Below are positions 54,871 to 63,774 of a DNA stretch of 64,000 nt, piece after piece. The notes below the pieces were generated by a model. It was not told the DNA's origin. It saw nothing but the letters and a program-made list of their open reading frames with translations, and ran no database searches. The first letter of the stretch is position 1. Each line of letters begins with the position of its first letter. The DNA is from Candidatus Saccharimonadales bacterium. Lineage in GTDB: Bacteria; Patescibacteriota; Saccharimonadia; Saccharimonadales; DATKHC01. Position numbers and translations under genes: made by a program. The stretch is from contig JBBQBA010000002.1 of the NCBI GenBank assembly GCA_038317055.1, positions 266,164 to 330,163 on the forward strand, in the 5' to 3' direction.

Positions 54871-55528
54871 CTATTTTAGCTACATATAAATCGATTGATG
54901 TACCGTCAGGACGTTCAACAAAGCCTGGTAGTCGAACAGGCAGGGTAGTCGAATTAACTCGAAATCCCGAATCTCTAAATAACTTATCAAGTTTGTCTGC
55001 TTCTAAGTATTGAATGTGAGCATCATTTGTTGGAACCTTTAAATACTCAGACAGAAAAATAACACCACCTTTTGCGAGGGCTGATTTACATTTTGCAATG
55101 ACTAAATCAAGATCTGCAAAATGCTGTAATGCGTTATAAAATATTAATATATCAAACTTTGTTAGTACGGATAATTCTTCAAATGGTTCAAGTTGTACAT
55201 TGAATTTTTTGGCTTCGTAATCTTCATAAACCCAATGAGGATATTTTAGGGGGTCTACACCTACTCGGGTTTTACCAAGAGAGTTTCGAGCAACTAAACT
55301 TAGCGGTCCACATCCAACGTCTAAAATTTTAAGATTTGCCCAATCTTTTTTGGGATTAATGTGAAAGTAGTCTGCCATCTCTTGAAATATAAATTCACCC
55401 TTAATAACCTCGTTATTTATAAGGGCTATTCTTTCCTGAGAACTGCTGTCTTGCCATAAATACGCCCAGTGTCCTTTTTCTGCTTCTTGTGCCCTTAACC
55501 ATACCGACTTTTTGCTTGTGTCTAACAT
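54857..55528 (-). CDS. class I SAM-dependent methyltransferase
   Basis: It has motif I, ILDVGCGPLS. Confidence 0.8.
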   Translation of the reverse strand: MLDTSKKSVWLRAQEAEKGHWAYLWQDSSSQERIALINNEVIKGEFIFQEMADYFHINPKKDWANLKILDVGCGPLSLVARNSLGKTRVGVDPLKYPHWVYEDYEAKKFNVQLEPFEELSVLTKFDILIFYNALQHFADLDLVIAKCKSALAKGGVIFLSEYLKVPTNDAHIQYLEADKLDKLFRDSGFRVNSTTLPVRLPGFVERPDGTSIDLYVAKIDGSD

Positions 55529-55602
55529 TATCCTTACATCATAGCAAATACAGATTTATATCAATAATTGACAAATGTTCATATATATAGTTATATATTG
55601 AG

Positions 55603-56148
55603 ATGACACAGCAAGATAACCCTGAAAAATCAATTGGTTTATTACCACACGAAGCAGCATTTGTACTGGCTAATTATGATAAATCGGAATTCGAAAGAAT
55701 TGCCGCACGTGAGCTTTATGTAGAAGGAATCACTGCTCACGAAAGTAAAGAAATGAAGTATACAACAACTGGTGTTACGGCTTTCGAATCCAGAAGAATG
55801 GATCGAAAACAGCAAATACTTGGTGGACTGAGTTTAGTTATTCGATACCACGATCAGACTCCATATCCCGATGAAAAGTTAAGCATCGCAACCTATGGTA
55901 GTCGTGTAACAGTTAATGGTGGAGACTGGGTGCAAATTTTTGATATTGCAACTCATGACATACCCGGTATGCCTGAACCTGAAGATGTAACTATAGTTTC
56001 TGCAACTTCAGCTGTCGGCTCAGCTCTAATTAATAGCAAAGCCGGACATTCTGTAACTTGGGAACTTGATGATGGGACAAGTACTACCGTAGAAATAGTA
56101 CAAATTGATCAACAAGCTCAAGCAGCTAATTATTTGCAGGTGTTATAG
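55603..56148 (+). CDS. protein with a GreA/GreB C-terminal-like domain
   Basis: The C-terminus SATSAVGSALINSKAGHSVTWELDDGTSTTVEIVQI resembles the Gre C-terminal domain. The N-terminal 120 aa are unassigned. Confidence 0.5.
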   Translation: MTQQDNPEKSIGLLPHEAAFVLANYDKSEFERIAARELYVEGITAHESKEMKYTTTGVTAFESRRMDRKQQILGGLSLVIRYHDQTPYPDEKLSIATYGSRVTVNGGDWVQIFDIATHDIPGMPEPEDVTIVSATSAVGSALINSKAGHSVTWELDDGTSTTVEIVQIDQQAQAANYLQVL

Positions 56149-57406
56149 GTAGTTGTTGATTACAGCTTGATATATTTGGCTGACCTGCAAACCTATCACC
56201 AATCCAGGTTATAACTTGTGGTGCAATAGTTGAGGATAATTGAATATGACCTACGTCGGCTAACCATAGTGAACTAAGATTTGATCCTGCTCGACAGGCA
56301 GTCTGAATATATAATGCAGTAGTATTAGGGAGTACTACTTTATCGTTTAGACTTTCCGCAACAAGTAGTGGCTGGTCTTTAGTTAAAATTGGAGCAGTTT
56401 CAGATTTAGCAGCCCCTAACCAACTAGTAGAGCTAGATATATTTTCTTTGAAAAAGTCCTGTTTAAGACTTATTCGAACTAGTCCTCCGAGGGCGGCAGT
56501 ACTAATACATTGATTAGCTATTTTTTTATAATTATTAAAACCGGCTGAAGTAGTAATTGAACTTGGGTCTAAATTATTGTACTGAGTTGGCCATGATACA
56601 AGAACTTCTGGACCGATTACCCAGTCAAGGGTTGTTCCATATGTTTCATTAAGTAGTGGTACTAACTCAGCAGCAGGAGCAGATGCCACTGTACCCACTA
56701 AATGTAATTCGGGTGCATATATACTTGTTTGACTAGCACTAAACAGGGCAGAATGTCCACCTTGTGAATGGCCCCATATGGCAAAAGTATTACCAGCTTG
56801 AGCGGAGGTTATGAACTTTAGCGCTCTAACACTGTTTAAGACGTCTCTCGATTCATCCCCACCTATTAAATAACCTTCAGTTCCGGGTGTACCTAGACCT
56901 GCATAATCGGTAGCTGTTACTACCCAGCCCCGTGCTAACATTTCACTCACCCAGGCAATACTTGAAGTTGGATTAGTAGTTCGGGAAGGCGCACAAGCGT
57001 CTCCCATACCGACAGTCCCATGCGCCCATGCAACAACTGGTCTTGGAAAACCAGAAGCAGAATTATTAGGTACAAAAACCATTCCGGATGCAAAAGTAAT
57101 GCTTCCATTAGACCGTTGTGTCCTATAAATTATTCGCTCGGCCGTACCATTATCTACCTTTATACCTAACGGTTCTGATCTTAATACTTCTCCAAGTGGG
57201 CCAGCCGTACTGAGGTCCGAAGTATTATAAAAGGGCTGGAGTGCATTTTGTTTATGTGCAGTTTTAATTTTTGATATTGCACCAATGAGAATAAAGAACA
57301 GTATGACTGCAATAATAATAATGAATAACGTTACAAGTAGATGTTTTAGATGATGATGACGTTTTAGGAAATGTCTTTTTTTAAGTTTAGTTTTATTTTT
57401 CTTCAT
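56126..57406 (-). CDS. secreted lipase (LIP/secretory-lipase-like alpha/beta hydrolase)
   Basis: It has an N-terminal TM anchor and the nucleophile elbow WGHSQGGH. Confidence 0.7.
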   Translation of the reverse strand: MKKNKTKLKKRHFLKRHHHLKHLLVTLFIIIIAVILFFILIGAISKIKTAHKQNALQPFYNTSDLSTAGPLGEVLRSEPLGIKVDNGTAERIIYRTQRSNGSITFASGMVFVPNNSASGFPRPVVAWAHGTVGMGDACAPSRTTNPTSSIAWVSEMLARGWVVTATDYAGLGTPGTEGYLIGGDESRDVLNSVRALKFITSAQAGNTFAIWGHSQGGHSALFSASQTSIYAPELHLVGTVASAPAAELVPLLNETYGTTLDWVIGPEVLVSWPTQYNNLDPSSITTSAGFNNYKKIANQCISTAALGGLVRISLKQDFFKENISSSTSWLGAAKSETAPILTKDQPLLVAESLNDKVVLPNTTALYIQTACRAGSNLSSLWLADVGHIQLSSTIAPQVITWIGDRFAGQPNISSCNQQLPITPANN

Positions 57407-57410
57407 AATA

Positions 57411-57791
57411 TTAATCTTCTAAAGAGGCAATTATAACCGGCAGATTTTCTGGTAGTATATCAGCTTTAATTACATATCCGTCGGCGCCACTTGCAATTGC
57501 AGTTTCAGTAATAGTCTGCAAGGCTAAATTTGTTAAAACAATTATTTTAGTATCGATACAACCTAGCGCAGTATTAGTTCGTAGTTCTTTTAGTATGTCT
57601 AGGCCAGATGAACCAGGTAGCATTACATCTAAAAGAACACAGTCCGGATGATAAGACTCCAGTTTCTTATACAGTTCTATCGAGCTACCCGCAACCTCAA
57701 CCCTAAAATCTTTATTAACAAGGACGCTGCGATATAAATCACGAATCATTACATCATCTTCAACTAGGAGTACGTTTTTTAAACCAGCCAT
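57411..57791 (-). CDS. response regulator, receiver domain only
   Basis: Motifs VEDD, VLLDVMLP, VLTN and K are present. It overlaps the upstream kinase by 32 nt. Confidence 0.85.
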   Translation of the reverse strand: MAGLKNVLLVEDDVMIRDLYRSVLVNKDFRVEVAGSSIELYKKLESYHPDCVLLDVMLPGSSGLDILKELRTNTALGCIDTKIIVLTNLALQTITETAIASGADGYVIKADILPENLPVIIASLED

Positions 57792-60051
57792 GGATACCTC
57801 CCGATTCTTTTTCTTTAGACACTAATTTATCGTGTAATTCTGGTACATAAATAGGTAGATCAAAATAGAAGACTGAGCCTTTACCGGTATAAGGTTCTAG
57901 TCCAATCTTTCCGTGATGTAGGTCAATAATAGTTTTAGATATATATAGACCTAGTCCTGTTCCACGGTTACCAGCAACAAGACTTCTCTCAACTCGATAA
58001 AACTTGGTAAATAATTTGTTACGAGCATCTGTGGCTATTCCTGGTCCTTCGTCACTTACCTCAACTCGAGCTTGAGTTTTACTAGCAATAACTTTTACAC
58101 GAATGTTTCCACCCTCAGGTGTGTATTTCATTGCATTACCAATTAGGTTATTGAGTACTTCAGTGAGGGACGATATATCGCCAGGAACATATACATAATC
58201 TTCTACATTACAGGTATATATAATGTGTTGTCCCCTAATTAATGCAGTTGGTTCGTGATGACTCGATACTTCTTTAACTAGTTGAGCTAGATCTAATTTT
58301 TCGATATGAATATCCATCTCACCACGTTCAATTCTAGATATATTAAGTAGTTTGTTGATCAAATCGCGAAGTTGATCAGTACCAACAATCGCTTTTTGAA
58401 GATTTTCAATATTGTGGATAGTTAACTGATTTAGGGCTTCGTATTTAAGTAGGCTTAAGTAGCCCTGTACGACAGTTACTGGTGTTCTTAACTCATGGGC
58501 AGCTATAGCAACAAAGTCTAGTTTCATAACATCTAATTCACGACTCTGTGTTTGATCGTGAATAGTTAGAATTGCTGCTATATCACTATCTTTTCGGTCA
58601 ATTACTGTAACCATCACATCTAAGTATGAAATCTCATTACCTCGATATAATGTCAGGTCATTATATTGATATTGACCTGGCTTTATCAGTTCTATTATTA
58701 GTTGTTTTCCTTCATGAAGGAAAGGGTAGTAGTCAGTAATAGTTTTACCCTTAAGGTCAATTGGTATATTGTTAATTAATCTTGCAGCTGGTGGATTAAT
58801 AGAAATAATTTCACCCATGTCATTCAAAGCCACAATTCCATCTGACACACTACTAATTATGCTATTTAACTTAGTCTGTTCTACAACGAGGTTTTGGTTC
58901 TTGTTCTTTAAGTCTCCAACTAGATTCTTTATATTCAGACCCATACTATTAAATGTGTTGGCAAGCTCCTGAAGCTCATCGTTACTCTTAACTACAATTG
59001 TTTGATCATAATCCCCATGTTCTATACTTTTAACCCCAAACATCAATTTGTTAATTGGGTTTATAAGTTGTTTCCTAAATATAAGACTCATGAGTATAGA
59101 GAATATGACTGCACCAATGAAGATAATTTCAGATAATTTAAGGAATGAATTTATTCCCGCGAAAATACTAGATACCGGCTCTTCTACAATAACTGCCCAG
59201 TTAGTCCGAGTCAGTTTACGTGGTGTACTTATAACATTCTTACCAATTTCAGAAACGGTCTGTCGAGTTCCAGTTTGACCAGTTATAAATTCGTTAACAG
59301 CTTGGACAGTAGATATTTTTTGGTGAGATATTAAGTACTTATTATTCGGATGTGCAACTAAGTTACCTAGACCATCTACAACATAAGCATATCCTCCGTT
59401 ACCTATTTTAGTTGATAGTACTGATTGCCAAAGTCCACTAATGTCATAGTTAGCAACTATCACGCCCTGAATATCGCTAGGATCAGTATATTTACCGAAG
59501 TTAGCTGATTGTAGGTTATTATAATTTTGACTTAGGTTAGTTTTTAGTACTGGTACAGCTATAGTAATTTGCGGATTTCCTTCGCTATCATAACTTACTG
59601 AACTTATGTAATTTTTTCCACCAAGAAAACCAATAGCCTTGAATGCATCACTGCTTGCTTGATTAGTAAGATTTTGAACTTGGCCCTGTTGAGTAAATGC
59701 GTTTTCTTCAATTCCTGAAGCATTTAAATATGCGACTTTTTGAACGGTAGGATCTTCTTTTACAAGTACTGCAAGATTAGGAGAAGTACCAGAAGTGTTA
59801 AGATTTCTAACGGCGAATACACCAGCCTGAAAGGATAATGCACTGGTTTTATTAGCCAGATAGTTATCCACATTTGATGCAGTATCATCGGCTACTATTT
59901 GTTGTCTTGTTTCGGCTGCATTCAATAGTAGAGATTTTGCTGAACTTACAAGTACAATATTAACTAAGAATAGAGGTATTAAAGAAACAATCAAAAAGAA
60001 GATCAGCAACTTCGTTGATATGGTTAGTCTAAATTTTTTTATTTTCTCCAT
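57760..60051 (-). CDS. sensor histidine kinase with an extracellular Cache-like domain, HAMP and PAS
   Basis: It has two TM segments flanking a ~270-aa ectodomain, a HAMP domain (NDELQELANTFN), the H-box AIAAHELRTPVT and an HATPase domain (DEGPGI, GTGLGLYI). Confidence 0.85.
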   Translation of the reverse strand: MEKIKKFRLTISTKLLIFFLIVSLIPLFLVNIVLVSSAKSLLLNAAETRQQIVADDTASNVDNYLANKTSALSFQAGVFAVRNLNTSGTSPNLAVLVKEDPTVQKVAYLNASGIEENAFTQQGQVQNLTNQASSDAFKAIGFLGGKNYISSVSYDSEGNPQITIAVPVLKTNLSQNYNNLQSANFGKYTDPSDIQGVIVANYDISGLWQSVLSTKIGNGGYAYVVDGLGNLVAHPNNKYLISHQKISTVQAVNEFITGQTGTRQTVSEIGKNVISTPRKLTRTNWAVIVEEPVSSIFAGINSFLKLSEIIFIGAVIFSILMSLIFRKQLINPINKLMFGVKSIEHGDYDQTIVVKSNDELQELANTFNSMGLNIKNLVGDLKNKNQNLVVEQTKLNSIISSVSDGIVALNDMGEIISINPPAARLINNIPIDLKGKTITDYYPFLHEGKQLIIELIKPGQYQYNDLTLYRGNEISYLDVMVTVIDRKDSDIAAILTIHDQTQSRELDVMKLDFVAIAAHELRTPVTVVQGYLSLLKYEALNQLTIHNIENLQKAIVGTDQLRDLINKLLNISRIERGEMDIHIEKLDLAQLVKEVSSHHEPTALIRGQHIIYTCNVEDYVYVPGDISSLTEVLNNLIGNAMKYTPEGGNIRVKVIASKTQARVEVSDEGPGIATDARNKLFTKFYRVERSLVAGNRGTGLGLYISKTIIDLHHGKIGLEPYTGKGSVFYFDLPIYVPELHDKLVSKEKESGGIHGWFKKRTPS

Positions 60052-60082
60052 ATAAAAAACAAGCTAATAGGTTAAAACAACC

Positions 60083-60111
60083 TTGACATTGGAATACATA
60101 CTACTTATGCT
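60083..60111 (+). promoter_or_regulatory. sigma70-type promoter (TTGACA-17-TATGCT)
   Basis: TTGACA lies at 60083-60088 and TATGCT at 60106-60111. In-frame ATGs follow at 60113 and 60119. Confidence 0.5.
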
Positions 60112-60118
60112 AATGCTA

Positions 60119-60982
60119 ATGGCTCCAGAAAACAACACCGATAGTGGCCAAACTAACATACCGATAAATGGCGGACCTATTAAGTCGACTTCTGATATAA
60201 CTCCACCAACTACTCCAAGTGTTGATAATAGTGGCATTTCTCCAAGTAGTGACTCAGCTCCAGTTGAGACAACTACTACCGCACCAATAAGTAGTAATCC
60301 AGACTCTGGTAGTTCTGCACCTATATCTACGCCAACAAGTGCACCAACAGAAGTACCAAGCTCAACGACTCCGGACGTTCCAACCAAAGCTAAAAAACCA
60401 CACGGTAAAATGATGGTTACTTTTGTAGTAATACTTCTATTATTCGTTGGTGGTGTAGCTGGGGCATATCTTTATGGTAAACATGGTCAAAAAGTAGTAA
60501 CAGTAGCACCAGCTGTTCAACCAATTAGTCTTCCACCACAAGCAATTGTGACTTCAGCTTGTACTGTTGGACGTGGAAAGCAATATATAATTCCTAAAGA
60601 TATTCCACAAGGTCCAATTTACGATGTTAAAAATAGTAAAGTAATAGCAATTGAATATGTTCTTGGAGTAAAAGCATTACTTTCTAACCCAGATACATTC
60701 TCAAGTACATTGCTTCTACTAGCTAAAGGCTACAATGTTGATCACTTTACTGTAGTACCAGTAGCGCCACAACCTGGTGACACTGATCAGTTCATCCACC
60801 TAATTATGTTTGTTGTAACTAAAGCTGAAGCTAACAGCATAACCTGCGGTCAAACTACACCTACTACTCCTAGTACTACACCAATCACAATCCCAACTAC
60901 GCCAACTACCACAACTACGACTACTACGCCAACTACCACAAAGACGACTACTACGACTCCAGTTACTACTACTAAACCATAG
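60119..60982 (+). CDS. single-pass membrane protein with S/T/P-rich N-terminal and poly-Thr C-terminal tracts
   Basis: The ORF frame is open from 60083, but that TTG lies inside the -35 box, so the ATG at 60113 or 60119 is more likely. It has the TM segment MMVTFVVILLLFVGGVAGAYLY and the tail TTPTTTTTTTTPTTTKTTTTTP. Confidence 0.6.
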   Translation: MAPENNTDSGQTNIPINGGPIKSTSDITPPTTPSVDNSGISPSSDSAPVETTTTAPISSNPDSGSSAPISTPTSAPTEVPSSTTPDVPTKAKKPHGKMMVTFVVILLLFVGGVAGAYLYGKHGQKVVTVAPAVQPISLPPQAIVTSACTVGRGKQYIIPKDIPQGPIYDVKNSKVIAIEYVLGVKALLSNPDTFSSTLLLLAKGYNVDHFTVVPVAPQPGDTDQFIHLIMFVVTKAEANSITCGQTTPTTPSTTPITIPTTPTTTTTTTTPTTTKTTTTTPVTTTKP

Positions 60983-61061
60983 AATAATTTCTTTATTAGT
61001 GACAAATAATATAAATATAAATTACAGCTAGATTAGTACTATCTAAATTCATTATAAATCT

Positions 61062-61090
61062 TTGACATTTATTCATATTTATGGTAAGAT
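61062..61090 (+). promoter_or_regulatory. sigma70-type promoter (TTGACA-17-TAAGAT)
   Basis: TTGACA lies at 61062-61067 and TAAGAT at 61085-61090, about 165 nt upstream of the lipoprotein start. Confidence 0.45.
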
Positions 61091-61256
61091 ATATAGGACA
61101 TATTAGAGGCCAGAGCTTTTTATATAAGTCGCAATTTAACAGTTAGATAGAATTTTTTACGAAAACGCGAAGGGAGTTTTTGGTTTAATCGTTTCAGTTA
61201 CTGATTTACCTGAAATCAATGAGTATGAAAATGCTCATCTAGAGAAAGGCAATTGA

Positions 61257-61907
61257 TTGGAAAATCGATCAGTTTCGCAGATAGGTATCATTTTTGCAGC
61301 AATTGCAATCATGATTACCTTCATGGCAGGTTGCATGACAACGACACCAAGTAACACTCCATCGGTTACCAAGCAGGCCACAATGGTCGATGTTCGGGCA
61401 ACGGAATGCTTCACTCAGTTCAACTCTTTCGAGAGATCACAATTGATGGCATTCACCGCAACACACGACGTTGACCCTGGCAACACCCATACAAACGGTG
61501 CGGCTGGTGTCTGCGTGCTAACCCAAGGTCCGAAAGGACAGACGGAGCAATTTTACAACTCACCGAACACCTTCAGTGACTACTACATGTACAGCCTGAT
61601 GCTCGGAAACACACATGGTCTCGCTAATTACAGCTTGATCACCGGACATCTCAACTACAGCCAGAATTTGACGCTGAAGTTACTCACGGATGTGAACAGT
61701 ACGGGGCTGGAATATCATCCCTATAGATTCACGACTCGTGGCTGGGCATGGAAGCCAATTGCAGTTCCTAATGAACACGTTTCGTACGTGCGATACGGGA
61801 ATTCTGCGGCGGTTTCACTCCAGGAAAGCCAGGAAGCTTTTCCACCCTCGGGCTATCCACTTGCACCAGTGCTTCCACAGACCATATTCGGTCCAAACAG
61901 TCACTGA
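61257..61907 (+). CDS. lipoprotein of unknown function in a GC-rich island
   Basis: It has a TTG start and the signal IGIIFAAIAIMITFMAGC (lipobox MAGC). Local GC is near 48% in a sample I counted (29 of 60 at 61381-61440), against about one-third elsewhere. Confidence 0.6.
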   Translation: MENRSVSQIGIIFAAIAIMITFMAGCMTTTPSNTPSVTKQATMVDVRATECFTQFNSFERSQLMAFTATHDVDPGNTHTNGAAGVCVLTQGPKGQTEQFYNSPNTFSDYYMYSLMLGNTHGLANYSLITGHLNYSQNLTLKLLTDVNSTGLEYHPYRFTTRGWAWKPIAVPNEHVSYVRYGNSAAVSLQESQEAFPPSGYPLAPVLPQTIFGPNSH

Positions 61908-61913
61908 TTGACT

Positions 61914-61962
61914 CGCGTTCCCCCTGGGTTGGAATATTTAACCGACCCAGGGGGGTCAACGC
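61914..61962 (+). terminator. GC-rich long hairpin (terminator-like)
   Basis: CGCGTTCCCCCTGGGT pairs with ACCCAGGGGGTCAACGCG (16 bp with a 2-nt bulge), followed by TTTT. Confidence 0.55.
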
Positions 61963-62094
61963 GTTTTCAGATGGTCTTAGACTATCAAAAACTCCAACTA
62001 TCTAGCTGTTAATATTCAAAATTAGGTAGATTACAAATGAAAGATATATAGGATTTACTTGCTAGATATTTTTCACAGTGAATCTACAGTTTAC

Positions 62095-62505
62095 CTAAAC
62101 AGCAAATTCTTGGTATATAAATAATACCAATATGTAGTTACTAAAAAGTTTGAATTCATCGTTACTTCGTTTAAAACTTGCCCATTGCTCAAATAAAAGT
62201 GAACCATAGGGCGGTATACTTGCAAGCAAAGCTACTAAAGAGCGCTTACGAGACCATCTTAACGTTGGATATAGACATATTGCTGCAAGCGCATAAAGGA
62301 TGAATAGTAGCCCATGCGTACGCCCGGCAAGTAGTACCGGAATATTATTACCAGGTATTATATATTTCTCAATTGCTATTCCAATTATTAATAACGTCCA
62401 ACCACAAGCTTCAGCAATTGCGGCAATCTTAAATAACATCCAGCTTTCGGATTCTGTGAATACATGATTATTTTCAAACTTTATAAATATAGAATATACG
62501 CTCAT
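62095..62505 (-). CDS. DUF3817-like integral membrane protein
   Basis: The pattern AAIAEACGWTLL...GRTHGLLFILY...PPYGSLLFE fits the family. Confidence 0.6.
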   Translation of the reverse strand: MSVYSIFIKFENNHVFTESESWMLFKIAAIAEACGWTLLIIGIAIEKYIIPGNNIPVLLAGRTHGLLFILYALAAICLYPTLRWSRKRSLVALLASIPPYGSLLFEQWASFKRSNDEFKLFSNYILVLFIYQEFAV

Positions 62506-62546
62506 GCCTTAACCGTAACGTAAACTTCAAAATAAAGAAAACTGTA

Positions 62547-62813
62547 TTACTTTTTATTCTTTTGACGATGTATACAGCCAATCCAACAACAAGGTCTCCT
62601 AACACCCTGAAGTAATTCAGTAATTGTTCGATCTATATGATTATTTCTAGTCTCTAATTTCTTTGTAGTAATAACCCAGCAAATCCATTCATTGCGTGAA
62701 AGTGGCGTTAGATCCTCCCATCTTTCTAGGGCCGAAGCATCTGACAACAAGGCTTTATTCAAATCTGCAGGCACTTCGTGCACTACACCAGTTTTAATTT
62801 CTTGTGTAATCAT
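62547..62813 (-). CDS. YdeI/OmpD-associated family protein
   Basis: The pattern VPADLNKAL...LTPLSRNEWICWV...KKLETRNNHIDRTI..L fits the family. Confidence 0.6.
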   Translation of the reverse strand: MITQEIKTGVVHEVPADLNKALLSDASALERWEDLTPLSRNEWICWVITTKKLETRNNHIDRTITELLQGVRRPCCWIGCIHRQKNKK

Positions 62814-62853
62814 AGTTTAACTATATCAAAAATTTAAAGGTTATATTCTGGAT

Positions 62854-63486
62854 TTATGATCCCGTATTAGAAGGCCAAGCTTTTATTATTTTGCCAGTTC
62901 TTTCATCTGTGATTACTCGTAATTTGACTCCTCTGACTTCTCCATCATGACTATAAACATCGCGATAATAATCATACATTTTATTACTTTTACTTATTTC
63001 AATTATAGATTCAAGAACTTCCTGAGTAGTCCATTCATTAGGAAACATAGTAGATCCTCGGTGTTTAGTCTTTAAGTCACCTACGTTACTAATCATACTA
63101 AATTGCAAAGCCCTGTATACTCCATTGCTATTGACCTTTTGTTTTGTTCTTAATTTAGGTAATGAATTGTTTTTATTATTAGAATAAATTTTAGAACCGA
63201 TAAATCTACCTTCCATGTCAAGATTAACTATAGTTGGTAAATGATGGCCGCCGCTATATTTATTACCAACAAGAATATGTATTAAGGCATCACCACCTCT
63301 AACTTTATCAATATCAAAAACATCTAAAGCACCCGATGTATAAAATGGTTCTGAAATTAATTCATTCTCTACTAGAGCTAAAGCAAATAACTCTCGTTCA
63401 AGTTCAAGTATACTTAACCCTTTATCTTCTTGACTAAGTCCATTATGTAGCTCAAGAAAGTAATAATTATCAATTTTTTCTGGCAT
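62854..63486 (-). CDS. stand-alone bacterial EndoU-like nuclease domain protein
   Basis: The pattern HILVGNKYSGGHH...NGVYRA...KTKHRGSTMFPNEWTTQEVLESI resembles the EndoU_bacteria toxin domain (H..G...GGH...K..StfFP..W). Confidence 0.5.
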   Translation of the reverse strand: MPEKIDNYYFLELHNGLSQEDKGLSILELERELFALALVENELISEPFYTSGALDVFDIDKVRGGDALIHILVGNKYSGGHHLPTIVNLDMEGRFIGSKIYSNNKNNSLPKLRTKQKVNSNGVYRALQFSMISNVGDLKTKHRGSTMFPNEWTTQEVLESIIEISKSNKMYDYYRDVYSHDGEVRGVKLRVITDERTGKIIKAWPSNTGS

Positions 63487-63600
63487 CTCAATATAATAAC
63501 ATATTTTGCATTATTTTGCAATATATTGAAAGTATTTTATGGGTAGCTAATAACAGCTAAAATGTGTATCTTATATTATCTAGTTATAAAATTTTACAAA

Positions 63601-63774
63601 CTAGAATGATATGTGTAGATTGGCACCAAATAATACAAGTGGCCATAATATAATTGCTAGAAGTCCTGAGAGTAAATGAGATAACGAAGTAAGATCACCC
63701 AAGTAACCACGATTGCTAGCAATAATTATTCCTATTATAAGATATATTATTCCACCTATTGAGTAACGCTGCAT
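63601..63774 (-). CDS. small membrane protein (57 aa)
   Basis: My own translation gives MQRYSIGGIIYLIIGIIIASNRGYLGDLTSLSHLLSGLLAIILWPLVLFGANLHISF. An AAAGGAGAG SD lies 6 nt upstream. Confidence 0.45.
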   Translation of the reverse strand: MQRYSIGGIIYLIIGIIIASNRGYLGDLTSLSHLLSGLLAIILWPLVLFGANLHISF

